Assembly: GCF_030144855.1 (NCBI RefSeq)
Contig: NC_082715.1
Coordinates: 146,258,001 to 146,322,000, forward strand
DNA: 64,000 nt
Origin: Hypanus sabinus
Lineage: Eukaryota
Direction: 5' to 3'
The notes below the pieces were generated by a model. That model did not search any database and was not told the origin of the DNA. It saw nothing but the letters and a program-made list of their open reading frames with translations. The position numbers and the translations under genes were made by a program. Of the stretch, positions 1-10,610 are shown piece after piece. Numbering within the stretch: the stretch's first letter is position 1; every line of letters begins with the position of its first letter.

Positions 1-673
1 CTGTTAATAAACGATGATCAATAAGGAAATAATCAATTCTAGAATAACTATGATATACATGTGAAAAAAATGAAAATTCTTTATCTTTAGGGTTCAAAAA
101 CCGCCATATTTCAGTAATTCCAGAATCAACCATAAAAGAATTAATAAGTAAAGCTGATCTATTCGGAAGAGTTCGAATAGGTTTAGATCTATCCATCGAA
201 GGATTCAAACAACAATTAAAGTCTCCACCCATAATCAACATATATTCATTCAAATTAGGAAGAGAAGTAAATAAACGTTTAAAAAATTCAGGACAATCAA
301 AGTTTGGAGCATAAATATTAACTAAAACAACTTTCCGATTAAAAAGTGAACCAGTTATCAATAAAAATCTACCCTGTGGATCCGAAATAATTTCATAATG
401 TGTAAACGAAATTGAGGCGTCTATAAAAATAGACACACCCCTAATTTTAGCGGTACAAATTGAGTGAAATTGTTGACCTTTCCAGAACCTAAAAAAATGT
501 TGATTATCCTCCCTCCTAATATGGGTCTCCTGTGCAAAAATAATATTAGCGTTCAATCTATGGAATACTTTAAATATTTTTTTACGTTTAATCGGATGAT
601 TTAAACCATTAGTATTCCACGAGATAAAGTTAATAGATTTATCCATCATACCAATATTAATTGTGTGTATCAT
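1..673 (-). CDS. L1 ORF2 N-terminus (AP endonuclease), partial, open to window edge
   Basis: Manual translation MIHTINIGMMDKSINFISWNTNG...QETH...GGDFN...SRIDYF, no stop before base 1; near-identical to 38054 ORF. Confidence 0.92.
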   Translation of the reverse strand, partial: MIHTINIGMMDKSINFISWNTNGLNHPIKRKKIFKVFHRLNANIIFAQETHIRREDNQHFFRFWKGQQFHSICTAKIRGVSIFIDASISFTHYEIISDPQGRFLLITGSLFNRKVVLVNIYAPNFDCPEFFKRLFTSLPNLNEYMLIMGGDFNCCLNPSMDRSKPIRTLPNRSALLINSFMVDSGITEIWRFLNPKDKEFSFFSHVYHSYSRIDYFLIDHRLLT

Positions 674-1660
674 AAAAGGTTAAAAAGACACATAACCCAC
701 AATTTAGGAAGAAGGAAAATTGATTCAGGAGCAACCGGAGATCCTGACACCTCAACAATATTAACAATTTAAAGTCAGCCCATAAACTAAAAGCAAAAAA
801 ATAAAAAGCAAAAGCGTGAAAAAAGATCCCTCCCCCCTCCCCCGACCCTTTGAAAGAAAGCCAAGCGGCAGGCGCATAAACTAATACTAATATTACCCCC
901 ATTTCAAGATGGCAGCTCCATAAGAAAATGTTTTTAAGAAAAAACTATATAACACCCTAATTAAAATGAAGAGTTGCAAAAAAAAAAATATATATATATA
1001 TACCTACATATATATATATATACATACACATACACACACACATCAGACAAGTCAAAAAAAAACTAAAATAGTAAAACCAGAAAAATCATTAATAAAAAAA
1101 AATGAACATTAAAGTTTAAAAATGTAATACACCTTTAAAAAAGAAATTCCATATTCAGATACAAAGATGACGTTTCACAAGCCAAGACTTATGGGAAGAA
1201 GAAACGACATTTTGAGAAAGCCATATTACAAAATATGAATATAAATTCAGCAATCTAATAAGAAAATTTAGTAAAAAAAGTTATCAAAATAGAATTTTTT
1301 TTTAAAAAAAAGATTTAATAGACACTACAACATATATAAAAAAAGACTAAAAAAAAGAATTCAAAACCTTTGTTCCATTTCTAAATACAGGCAAGCAAAT
1401 AAACGCTTATAAAAAGTAAAGACTTATGGGAAGAAGAAACGACATTTTGAAAAAATAATTCATTATTACAAAATACAAACGTGTATAAAAAAGGATATTA
1501 TAAAAATTAAAACAGCATCTATAAGCAATAATAATAGTAGTAAAAAAAAGACCCAGACCCATAGTTCAAAATAAAAAGTTATAACCCAACTTCCAGGGTT
1601 AAAACTTAAAATGAAATGGCATCCTCTCTCCAAAAAAAAATCTTCAATGTAACTCATAGT

Positions 1661-2566
1661 TCAAGTTGCACTAGAGGATCGATATTCTTCAACAAATTTC
1701 TTCGCTTCTTCCGGAGTGTTAAAAAACCGTAGACTGTTGTCGGGCAGCACAATTCTAAGCTTCGCTGGATACATTAAAGCTTGTTTAAATCCAATCGAAT
1801 GAATCTCTGCCATCACTGATTTAAAAGCGATCCTGGCTTTCATTACTTCATACGAATAATCCTCAACAATTCGAAATGAGTAATTTTTGTAGGAGATCAT
1901 ACCTTTTTTACGAACTAATCGAATTAGAAGCTCTTTCTCACGAGGATAATGAAGGCGAACAATCACCGCTCGTGGTTTATCAGACACAGACGAAAACCTC
2001 GCAACTCTATGAGCACGGTCGATAACAGGTTCATTTTTCAAACCTTCACCACCGAAAATTTCCCACAGTAATTTAGAGAAAAATTCAGTTAAATCACCGG
2101 ACTCAACTTTTTCGGGAATTCCGATGATGCGCAAATTCTGTCTGCGAGAACGATTTTCAAGATCAGTAATTTTAAACTTATACTGATCTAAAGTTTTAGC
2201 AGTCGACTCTATCTTCTTCTCTAACACTTCAATTGTACGTGCTTTTTCACAAATTGATTGTTCAAGAGTCGTGATCTTATTTCCATGCTGTTGAACCTCT
2301 AACGCCTGCGACTGAAACTTAGTTTCAAGCGATTTAACAACTCCTTCAAGATCGGATATTTTCGTAGTAATCCTCCTTTCCAAACTTAACAGTTTACTGT
2401 CCAATTTACCTTCTAGTCTGCCTTCCAGACCCGCAAATTTAGCATCCAGTTTACTGTCCAATTTACCTTCCATACCCGCAAATTTAACATCCAGTTTAAT
2501 GTCCAAAAGACCAGAAATTGCGTCGATGGATACAGGATCCTTAGCCGATTTCTTACTTGTAGCCAT
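1661..2566 (-). CDS. L1 ORF1p (coiled coil + RRM + CTD), 301 aa
   Basis: DLENRSRRQNLRIIGIPE, IDRAHR and YPAKLRI motifs typical of L1 ORF1p; heptad-rich N-terminus. Confidence 0.95.
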   Translation of the reverse strand: MATSKKSAKDPVSIDAISGLLDIKLDVKFAGMEGKLDSKLDAKFAGLEGRLEGKLDSKLLSLERRITTKISDLEGVVKSLETKFQSQALEVQQHGNKITTLEQSICEKARTIEVLEKKIESTAKTLDQYKFKITDLENRSRRQNLRIIGIPEKVESGDLTEFFSKLLWEIFGGEGLKNEPVIDRAHRVARFSSVSDKPRAVIVRLHYPREKELLIRLVRKKGMISYKNYSFRIVEDYSYEVMKARIAFKSVMAEIHSIGFKQALMYPAKLRIVLPDNSLRFFNTPEEAKKFVEEYRSSSAT

Positions 2567-3849
2567 TTTAGGTTTGACAAGATTAGATCAACTATTATTT
2601 TAGGAAAAAAGGGTCAATCAAAGGTAGCAACTCATATGATTAAGTTCGAAAAGATCTAATTAAAGGGTGATTATAGTTGAAAAAATAAAGAGCGCCTAAA
2701 AGGCAGATGCTTACGTCGCCATCTTGAAACTCCACCCCCCTGTTATACTTTTCGGTGCCGTTTCCCAAATTTCCATGGAGATTTCAGATTTCAGATTTCG
2801 TTCATACACTGATGTGAAATTGAATAAGTTGCCTTAAACTTTTAAAATAAAATTTTATTGTATGTAGAGCACGCTTCACATTGTATATTAAATGAAATAT
2901 ATTATTATATATTCATTATATTATATAGATATATAGTACTAACATGTTCCAATGCTCTGCAATTTTCTAAACTTTCTGTTAAATTTACTAATAAGCTTCC
3001 AGTCATGTTAGGTAGTTTGTATCAGTTTATGTATAAAACTGTCATGAAATCATCTATCTTATTACAAATGTTGCGTGCATTCAAGTGAATAGTATTGGCT
3101 TGCTATGCTCTCTCCGTTTCTGACTATATTCCTATGTTCCTGTTATCATTACATCACAACCTGAACCAATGACTACTTTTCCTTCAATAAAAGGAAAAAA
3201 AAAAGGTTAAGTATCCTCCCCGCTCCTTGTTTGGCTCATCGGGCGGCAACCTTGCCGTTTCTTTAGCAGTTGTCTGGTTTATGAGGCTAAGTTACTTACT
3301 CAACGCTCAACTCCGCACGGATGGAAAGCGTGTAAAGGGCCCGCCGATTTCGACACCGGCTCCTCGTGTTCTGAAGTCCGGTGCGGATATAACTATACCG
3401 CTGTCCTAGATCTGTTCCTTCAGTACTTGCAGCAAAATAAGACCCCCATTCAAAAACTTATTGCCACCCACTCCATCCCCGCCACCAGCACTACTACAAA
3501 TATTTAATTTACAGCATTATCTAGAGTTCTTGTTACTTAATTTACTAAGAAAAAGATGATAGCCCGATTCAAGCTCATTCATTTATCTGTCCATCTATCT
3601 ATCAATCTATATCCATTAATTAATCAATTGATTGATTGATTGATAAATTAATTGATTCAGTGCAGAATAGACCCCTCTGCCTCTTCGAGCCGTACCATCC
3701 AGTATCCTCTGACAATCCTGATTTAATTCCGGAGCATCCAGGGGATAGCCACACATTCTTCGGGGAGGACGTAGAAACTTCTTACAGAGGACGGCGACCG
3801 CTCTCTCCTTTCCTTGTACTGATACCAGTGACCCCGGAGATGAAAGCCA

Positions 3850-4020
3850 CTGCTATCTATGTGGAGTTTGCAATGTCTCCTTATGATCGCGTGAGTTTTC
3901 TTAAGGCACATCGGTTTTCCGCCTTACGCCAAAGACGTGCGTTACCTGTAGTTTACTAGGGCTCCGTAAATTGCACCAAATGTGTTGGTGGGTGATAGTA
4001 TGTACGGAAGCTGTGCGAAG
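3850..4020 (+). mobile_element. V-SINE (HE1-like) remnant; duplicated near 31020-31200
   Basis: GTGGAGTTTGCA...GTGAGTTTTC...CCAAAGACGTGC resembles the V-SINE central domain. Confidence 0.6.
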
Positions 4021-5509
4021 AATGAAGATAGGGCCAATGTAAAATTAACAAAAGTGTGTGGTTGTATGACGGGGTGGACGGTGGGCCGGCGGTTTGTTTA
4101 TGTCTCCTTGACACTTAAATGCCCTTCAGACGACATAGACGCTTTTAACATAGGCCGCATTTATGTGGGGACTTGCGTCTGAGTTGCAAATTCCTACCGC
4201 ACGCATCCTCATGCCTCTATGCCTCTACACTTCCCGAAGTAGTATGAAGCCTGTATAACAGTGCCCTGGCCCGTTTGCTAATTCTATCCACATAGATAGT
4301 AAGGATATCACAACTGTTAAATTTAATTACAGGATCTCAGTAGCACAACTTGCCTGACATTTGCAACTGCCTCACAGATAGTCAAATATTTCTCGTCTAT
4401 TTCTGCAACGCTTAAATCTAATAGCCATGAGAATCTCTGGGAGCAAAACCGCCACCTGTAACACTGCATTTGAATCCCCGGTTTCAACCTCTCACCTCTG
4501 AGCCCAAGTAAGCTGAACTGCAGTTATCTACCGGGGATGTTTCAACCACAGATCACAGTAGTTTTTGCCAACTCCCAGAAGCGGCGGCAACTGTGTTTCA
4601 CCTATTTTGCAATCGTAGAAAAATGTAAAATGACAGAAGACAATTAAATACAATTATGTTCATGTTGTTATTAATTGGTTGGCAACATTGTGAGCTGAAC
4701 ATTAGCAATATGAAATTCACATAACTATTTTGTCCTCGAATACCATTTAGAGTTCAATATTATCGGTCAAACCGAAGGGCTGGGGCAAAAAGTGCAGATC
4801 GATCAGCTCGATTCACCTGAAAGGATCACAAAATAATCCAGACTAACAGTGCAGATGAAGTCTACTTTGTCAAGTTCAATATCTATTCCAATTCTTACAC
4901 ATGCGAAAAGGGCACCAATACAAAACACTGCATATATTTTTGTTTAATGTTGGTATAACAAGACGCTATGGAAACGTTGAGCAAATGCAACAAGACTCCA
5001 TCATTTTAGGTCAGGGGTTGACACGCTGGAAGGAAGCTCTGTATTCTATTAGTCAATATGAATGAAAATATAGCAATTACTATCCGTAGAAATTAACAGG
5101 GCAGAACATTTACTTTAAAGCAATTCCATTTCTTCATAAATCCTCCCTTTTGTGTAGAATTGGTAGCAGTCGGTGGAGTTATAGATTCGTTCTGCCTTTT
5201 AAGGCCGATTCCGGTCGCGATGGGCAAGATGTAAAGTTAATGGATGTAATAAAACGGGAAATATAATAGCGTCTCGCAATTCGGTGTTGTCTTCAGATAC
5301 CATGGCTGTATAAATAGTCACCCTTTCAACCGTACATCTGGGCGAATATTTTAGGGCTATTGTCTGAAGTGTAAGGATCTACGATTCAGTGTTGACGTGA
5401 GGACAATTTTCTTTACTCAGTGGACAATGGATTTTAGGAATTCTCTATCCAAGATGGGTCAGGTGCTCAAAGGTTGAGAATGTTCAACATAGATCAATAG
5501 ACATCAATA

Positions 5510-5843
5510 GAGCTGCATTTACATGGAAATGTAGAAAACCTACAGCCCAATACAGGCCTTTCGGCCCACAAAGTTGTATCTTAGAAATTACTAGGCTTAC
5601 GTGTAGCCCTCTATTTTACTAAGCTTCATGTACCTATCTAAAAGACTCTTAAAAGACCCTAGCGTATCCCCCTCACCACAGTTGCTGGGAGCTCATTCCA
5701 CGCACTCACCACCTTCTGAGTAAAAAACCTTTCCTTGACATCTCCCCTGTATCCACTCCCCAGCACCTTAAACCTGTATCCTCTTGTGGCAACCATTTCT
5801 GTCCTGAGAAAAAGCCTCTGACTGTCCACACAATCAATGCCTC
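5510..5843 (-). mobile_element. CR1 3'-end fragment, truncated at the junction with the half C exon
   Basis: ORF 5706-5900 with RGDVKE/FFTQK-like RT C-terminal words; same fragment at 32690-33029. Confidence 0.75.
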
Positions 5844-5954
5844 ACCCTGACCGCCTCGGAGTGGAACTCCCACGAAGAGTACACTTGCGGGGTTGCACAC
5901 CAGTCTCTCGGGTCTCCACTGAAGCGAAGCATTCAGAAATCCGGCTGTGCGTAA
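5840..5954 (+). pseudogene. 5'-truncated IgL constant exon (last ~37 codons), + cluster type
   Basis: LTLTASEWNSHEEYTCGVAHQSLGSPLKRSIQKSGCA* matches 25471-25585 with 6 nt differences; no splice acceptor or 5' half; AATAAA at 6124-6129. Confidence 0.95.
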
Positions 5955-6249
5955 GACAGAGCCGGCAGGCTGGGTGCGTGGTGTTACTTGTGGTCGGGGA
6001 CAGCAACGTTCTATGATTGTTTCCTTTCTATTGGCGAGCGGCTTTCGAAAAGCAGAACTTCAACAATATTTACATTATGAGAAAATTATCACTTTGTAAT
6101 TGAGTCATTGAATCCTTTGTTTAAATAAAATAAAACACATTTTCTTCTGGCAACCTGTAAATCTTGTATGTCAATAGTTGAGTATAAACAGAGGAGTGGG
6201 GCCTATAAATCCCTAAATACATTGAGATTACGTACGCCATCTTTTAACA

Positions 6250-6830
6250 TAGAAACACAGAAAAACCGGCAGCACAATATAAGCCCTTTCGGCCGCAAAG
6301 CTGTGTCGATCATGTCCTAATTTTAGAAATTACCTGGGGTTACCCATGGCACTCCATTCTTCTAAGCTCCATGTAGTTATCCAGGAGTCTCCTAAAAGAC
6401 CCTATCGGTTCCTCCTCCACCACCGCCGCCGGCCGCCCATTCCACGCCATCACCACTTCCTGCGTAAAAAAAAAACTTACCCTTGACATCTCCCCTGTAC
6501 CTCCTTCCAAGCACCGTAAAACTATGCCCTCTCGTGTTAGCCATTTCAGCCCTGGGAAAAAGCCTCTGACTAGCCGTACGATCAATGAGTTTCATTATCC
6601 TGACAACGTTTATCAGGTCACCTCTCATCCACCGTCGCTACAAGCAGAAAAAGCTGAGTTTACTCAACCTATTCTCATAAGGTATGCTCTCCAATCCAAA
6701 CAACATCCTTGTAAATCTGCTCTGCACCCTTTCTATGGTGTCCACGTCCTTGCTGTAGTGAGGCGACCAGAATTGAGCACAGTTGTCCAAGTGGGGTCTG
6801 ACCAGGGTCCTCTCAGCTCTTAAACTCAGT
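6250..6830 (-). mobile_element. CR1 3'-end fragment
   Basis: ORFs 6392-6628 and 6638-6838 (LVRPHLDNCAQFWSPH, MRGDLI, YRGDVKGKFF) are CR1 RT C-terminal motifs. Confidence 0.85.
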
Positions 6831-9800
6831 CCCAACATCGCCAGTTTTTTAATGCAACACCGCCCGGAATTCGAAAAGCGGCGATATCGTTACAGGTTTT
6901 CACATTAACAGAATGCGTTGAGTGGAGATGCCGCTGTACAAAAACAACAGCTACGGACGTTGATTTGCAGGAGCGATGTTGGGGATACAAAAAAAGGGAC
7001 AGTTCCTACTCCGATCCGTTTGTTGATAACCATGGTCGGAAATGAACAGCAGTAATTCGCTACAGATGGAATTTGTACTCATGGAATCCAGATTAAGAAA
7101 CCAAAAGGCTATAAAGGCTATGATTGCAGCTATTTCATTTAGGTCTCGACCTAGACTCGGAATGGTACCGCAAAATACCATCCCAGAACTGCTCTGCACT
7201 TTTCCCAATGCAGGCGGAGCAGTAAGAAAGTTACGTCCTGAAATGTCGTCAAAATTCTTTGACAGCTGATGATGCGACCCTGGTTGTATCGTTATTAACC
7301 ATATAATTGAGATGAGGAAAAGGGCATTTTGTCCTCCCAACATGTTCAGACATTCATCAAGTTGTAGTTGAGATTCGAGCGTAGCGTCATGTTACTGCCT
7401 TATGCCTTAATATTCAGAAACCCGTCGATTTTATGACCGAATTTAATAACTGTGCTTTGAAAGGGTGGAGAATTGCACCACCGAGTACACAGTAAGTGCG
7501 TGTTCTTGACTGAGGAGCAGGTTGTGCCAAGTTGCCATTGACGGGAACGTGACGGAACACCCCTAGTCAGAATTCCGCGAAAAAAGCACGGAGTGCTTCT
7601 CACTTCAGTTCCTAATAGCAACCGCTCAGTCTGAGACTGGAGCCGTGGCTGTGGACCAACATATTGGAAAGTCTCTTGTCTTCACGCAGCGTGTTAAACT
7701 CCGTTGGAATTTTAAACTTCATCGAGGTCTCCCCTTACTCTCGTAAGTTCTGGAGAAAACAGGCCCAGACTACGTAAATTATTCTCATATAGTGAGTCCA
7801 CCGTCCCTGGAACTAGCCTGGTGAATGTTTGTTGAAACCCCTCCATCTTTTTAAGCGGCGATATCAAAACTACAAAATGACGTCACCATTCGTCTACTTA
7901 GATCTCTATCATTACAAAGGCTAAAATAACATTTGCCCTCCTTGTGGTCTGTTGTTCTGGCTCTTCCGATTTCAGAAACCCGAAACCCGTTAAGCTTGAA
8001 ACAACACTACCATGAAAGTAATATACAGTACTCTGACATTGAAATATTTGTAAAATATATTCAAATTGGAACATGATATTAAACAACTAAACTAGCGTTC
8101 AAACTAAAAATAGTTCGTGAAACTGATAAATACACAAATAGTTAAAGTAATAAATTAACTTAAGCCGATCTTACAATCTATCAATCAATCTTTACAATCT
8201 GTCTTTCTTTTCATACAACTCATCTTTTCCCTACACTCTTGCAACAATGGTGTTTCCAGTGGTTTGAGGTGGTGAACATGGCCCAAGGCACAAGGGTGAA
8301 TAACAGTGCAATGCTGGGTGGGGTCCTTTCGGTTCTGCTACAGCGCAGTATTTGGTACTCCACAACAAAAACTGACCGGCATGCAGATAGTTTTCAAAAA
8401 ATCGTTCTCAGAGCTTGAAAATGCGCACCTTCCAAAGAATGACCAATTCCATCTGGTCGAAAGAAGATTTAATGAAAACAGGGAGTGCTGATCTCGTCAT
8501 TGAATTTGCTTTTAACTGCTAACGTTTCGGATTATATGCATTGATTAATAGATAAAAAACCATCTTTTCAACCTCTGTTCCACCTTTTTACTGAAAGTAA
8601 ACAGATTGCCCGTTGTATGAACGATTTTAATGTTTGATTAGCGAACGAAGGTACAAGGTGTCGGATATTCTGTTGGTTGTTGCAGTCGGGGTAACGTTGC
8701 TGGGGTGTGACAATATTAGGTAGAAATCATCGTTAGCAAGGATTCTTATTAGAGCAGTGATCAATATGCGTGACGAGAAGACATTAATTATGCTCATTTT
8801 GGGATGACTTCGAGTTAGGATTTGTCCAGGTGTTTATTGATCCGGAGCATGCGTGTGAGGCTGAGACCAGTAATATTTCTCAACAGTGCATTTAAGTGGC
8901 GGATGTTTCCTCCCTACCACTGAGATCATCCACAATAGTGTGAGACTGGTACTTTGTGTAACCTGCATAGATTCCGTGGTCCAGGCATACAGAATCCCTC
9001 CAGCCCATCTCCCCCTCATTGTCGAAGCAATTCTTAAATAAACGTCCATTTTATGCTTGCATGTTATGCTTTGCTTAAACTTGGTCCATCCTATGGTGCA
9101 TTAAAATTCCACCGGAAAATGACGTCAATAAGTACTCTCCGAAGTGAATCCAAGTCAAATCTCTAATCACCACCTTCGCTCAGTCCTAGGTTTAATATTT
9201 CTCCAGGAATTTATAATCATCTTTGAGATAAAAGTTAGCTGACACAGTTCAGCATTTCCGTAAGCATGCAACCTTTGATTTTATGAAATATCTGATTATA
9301 TCCTTGTTGTAAATTAGTAATATTTTGTTGGCATCTAAAAAGTCAAAGACCGAAGAAAGCTGCAGCATTACCAACACAGGACAACCTAACTCCACCCACT
9401 ACCTATCACTGCTCCATGTCCTGACCCGTTGTTCTGCTATTCCTCATACGCTGTGCTTCATAAGGTCTTCTAACGCCCAGCAGAGGCACCGATGAATACC
9501 GTATATGACTGATCTTTGAGGAGAAAGTTGGGAATGCTTCATATAAAAAGAAGCTTTTAGTCCTCATTTTATGCAAATCTTCAGTCAAAGACGGTTGACT
9601 CCAGATCAAGTTTTAACAGCTACGGAAAAGGCGTCCCAATGTTTGGTTTATCAAAACAATTGATGATTTTGCACAGAGATTGCTTCACATTCTGTTAAAC
9701 TATAATAAATTTACTCCAGTTTTCTTAAATATCTGTTGAATGGATATTGTTTTCTCCTTAGGAATTAATTCAGTCTACTATGCTGCACTGACACCAAGCA

Positions 9801-10359
9801 AATATATCGTGTCTTAGACACAGAAAATATGGACTAGGTAGAAAAAATCGTGGTCTCTGAAACTTCCTGTAAAATATGAAGAAGTCATTTAAGCATACCA
9901 CTTACCTCCACTATACTAAGCCAAACTATAATGCGTAAAAGTAATATTGTAAACACTTTCTATTGCATTTGGCAAATCAAAACTGAAAGATCAGAAACAA
10001 AAGGTCATGAAAGCATCAAAATATGGGCTCATCACTTACTGTTAATTAATAATAATTGTCAAAACATTACTTCTGACTTATTGCTCTGCAACACCTCAAC
10101 GTATGGCGCAATATATTTTATGAAATATCACCACTCCAGGTTTCCCCATTTCCGTTCGATTTATCCGCTCTCGTCGGAAACTACTTCAATATTACATTCA
10201 CACGTTCACAGTGTTGTAAGGGTGTTCACTATTTCAATGAGATGACCCCTCTGTTCTGAACAGTGGAGAATTTTGATATAACATTCACAACTCTCCACAT
10301 GGAATTAACCTCTCCTTGGAGAGTGAAATTCAATTTCAACGATAGTAGCGTGAACCTGA

Positions 10360-10610
10360 GCGGTACCGGAGTTCGGAGTTGAATCCCTACGTAATTCGTA
10401 AGGAGTTTCTATGTTCCTCCCCTTGATCTCGTGGGTTTCCTCCGGGTGTTCCGGTTTCCTGCCAGATTCTAAAGATATGTATTGCATGTTGTCCTATGCT
10501 TAGGGTAGGGCTCATAGCGGGGGTGTGCGGGGAGGGTGCTGCTCGGCTGTGAGGCTCATTGGGTCGGAAGGTGGTTTTCCACGCTATGTCTCTAAATAAG
10601 TAAATAAAAT
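10360..10610 (+). mobile_element. V-SINE remnant; orthologous copies at ~16560-16780 and ~29440-29695
   Basis: GTGGGTTTCCTCCGGGTGTTCCGGTTTCC core and AAATAAGTAAATAAAA tail. Confidence 0.7.

Larger units (their letters stand above)
1..2740 (-). mobile_element. L1-clade LINE, 5' portion (5'UTR, ORF1, spacer, start of ORF2); continues off the window start
   Basis: 5' end GGGGGGTGGAGTTTCAAGATGGCGACG matches the start of the full-length + copy at 36074; ORF1 and endonuclease coding sequence are colinear with that copy. Confidence 0.95.
2741..5843 (+). repeat. Segmental duplicate A (distal 3' flank of the + IgL cluster); partner 29924-33027
   Basis: Colinear sequence from TGTTATACTTTTCGGTGCCG to CAATCAATGCCTC, including the same SINE and CR1 fragments; paired ORFs 2858/30041, 3227/30410, 3636/30832. 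Confidence 0.95.

Noticed and set aside
2858-3959. ORFs repeated at 30041-31131 as a conserved gene family
   Set aside because: Explained by the segmental duplication; lengths differ by indels and they overlap SINE fragments
6236-6855. CGCCA...TTTTAA repeats around the CR1 insert, adjacent in the paralog at ~25849-25875, as a retroposon excision footprint
   Set aside because: Repeats are short and degenerate; a pre-existing tandem repeat explains them equally well
8341-8373. Nonamer-like ACAAAAACT (8365-8373) as an RSS
   Set aside because: No CAC-starting heptamer at 12 or 23 bp and no adjacent V or J
9571-9578. Octamer ATGCAAAT
   Set aside because: Inside a repeat remnant, not conserved in the paralog (ATCCAAAT), no leader exon nearby
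10207-10213. Perfect heptamer CACAGTG
   Set aside because: No nonamer follows, not kept in the paralog at ~29240, no coding segment adjacent
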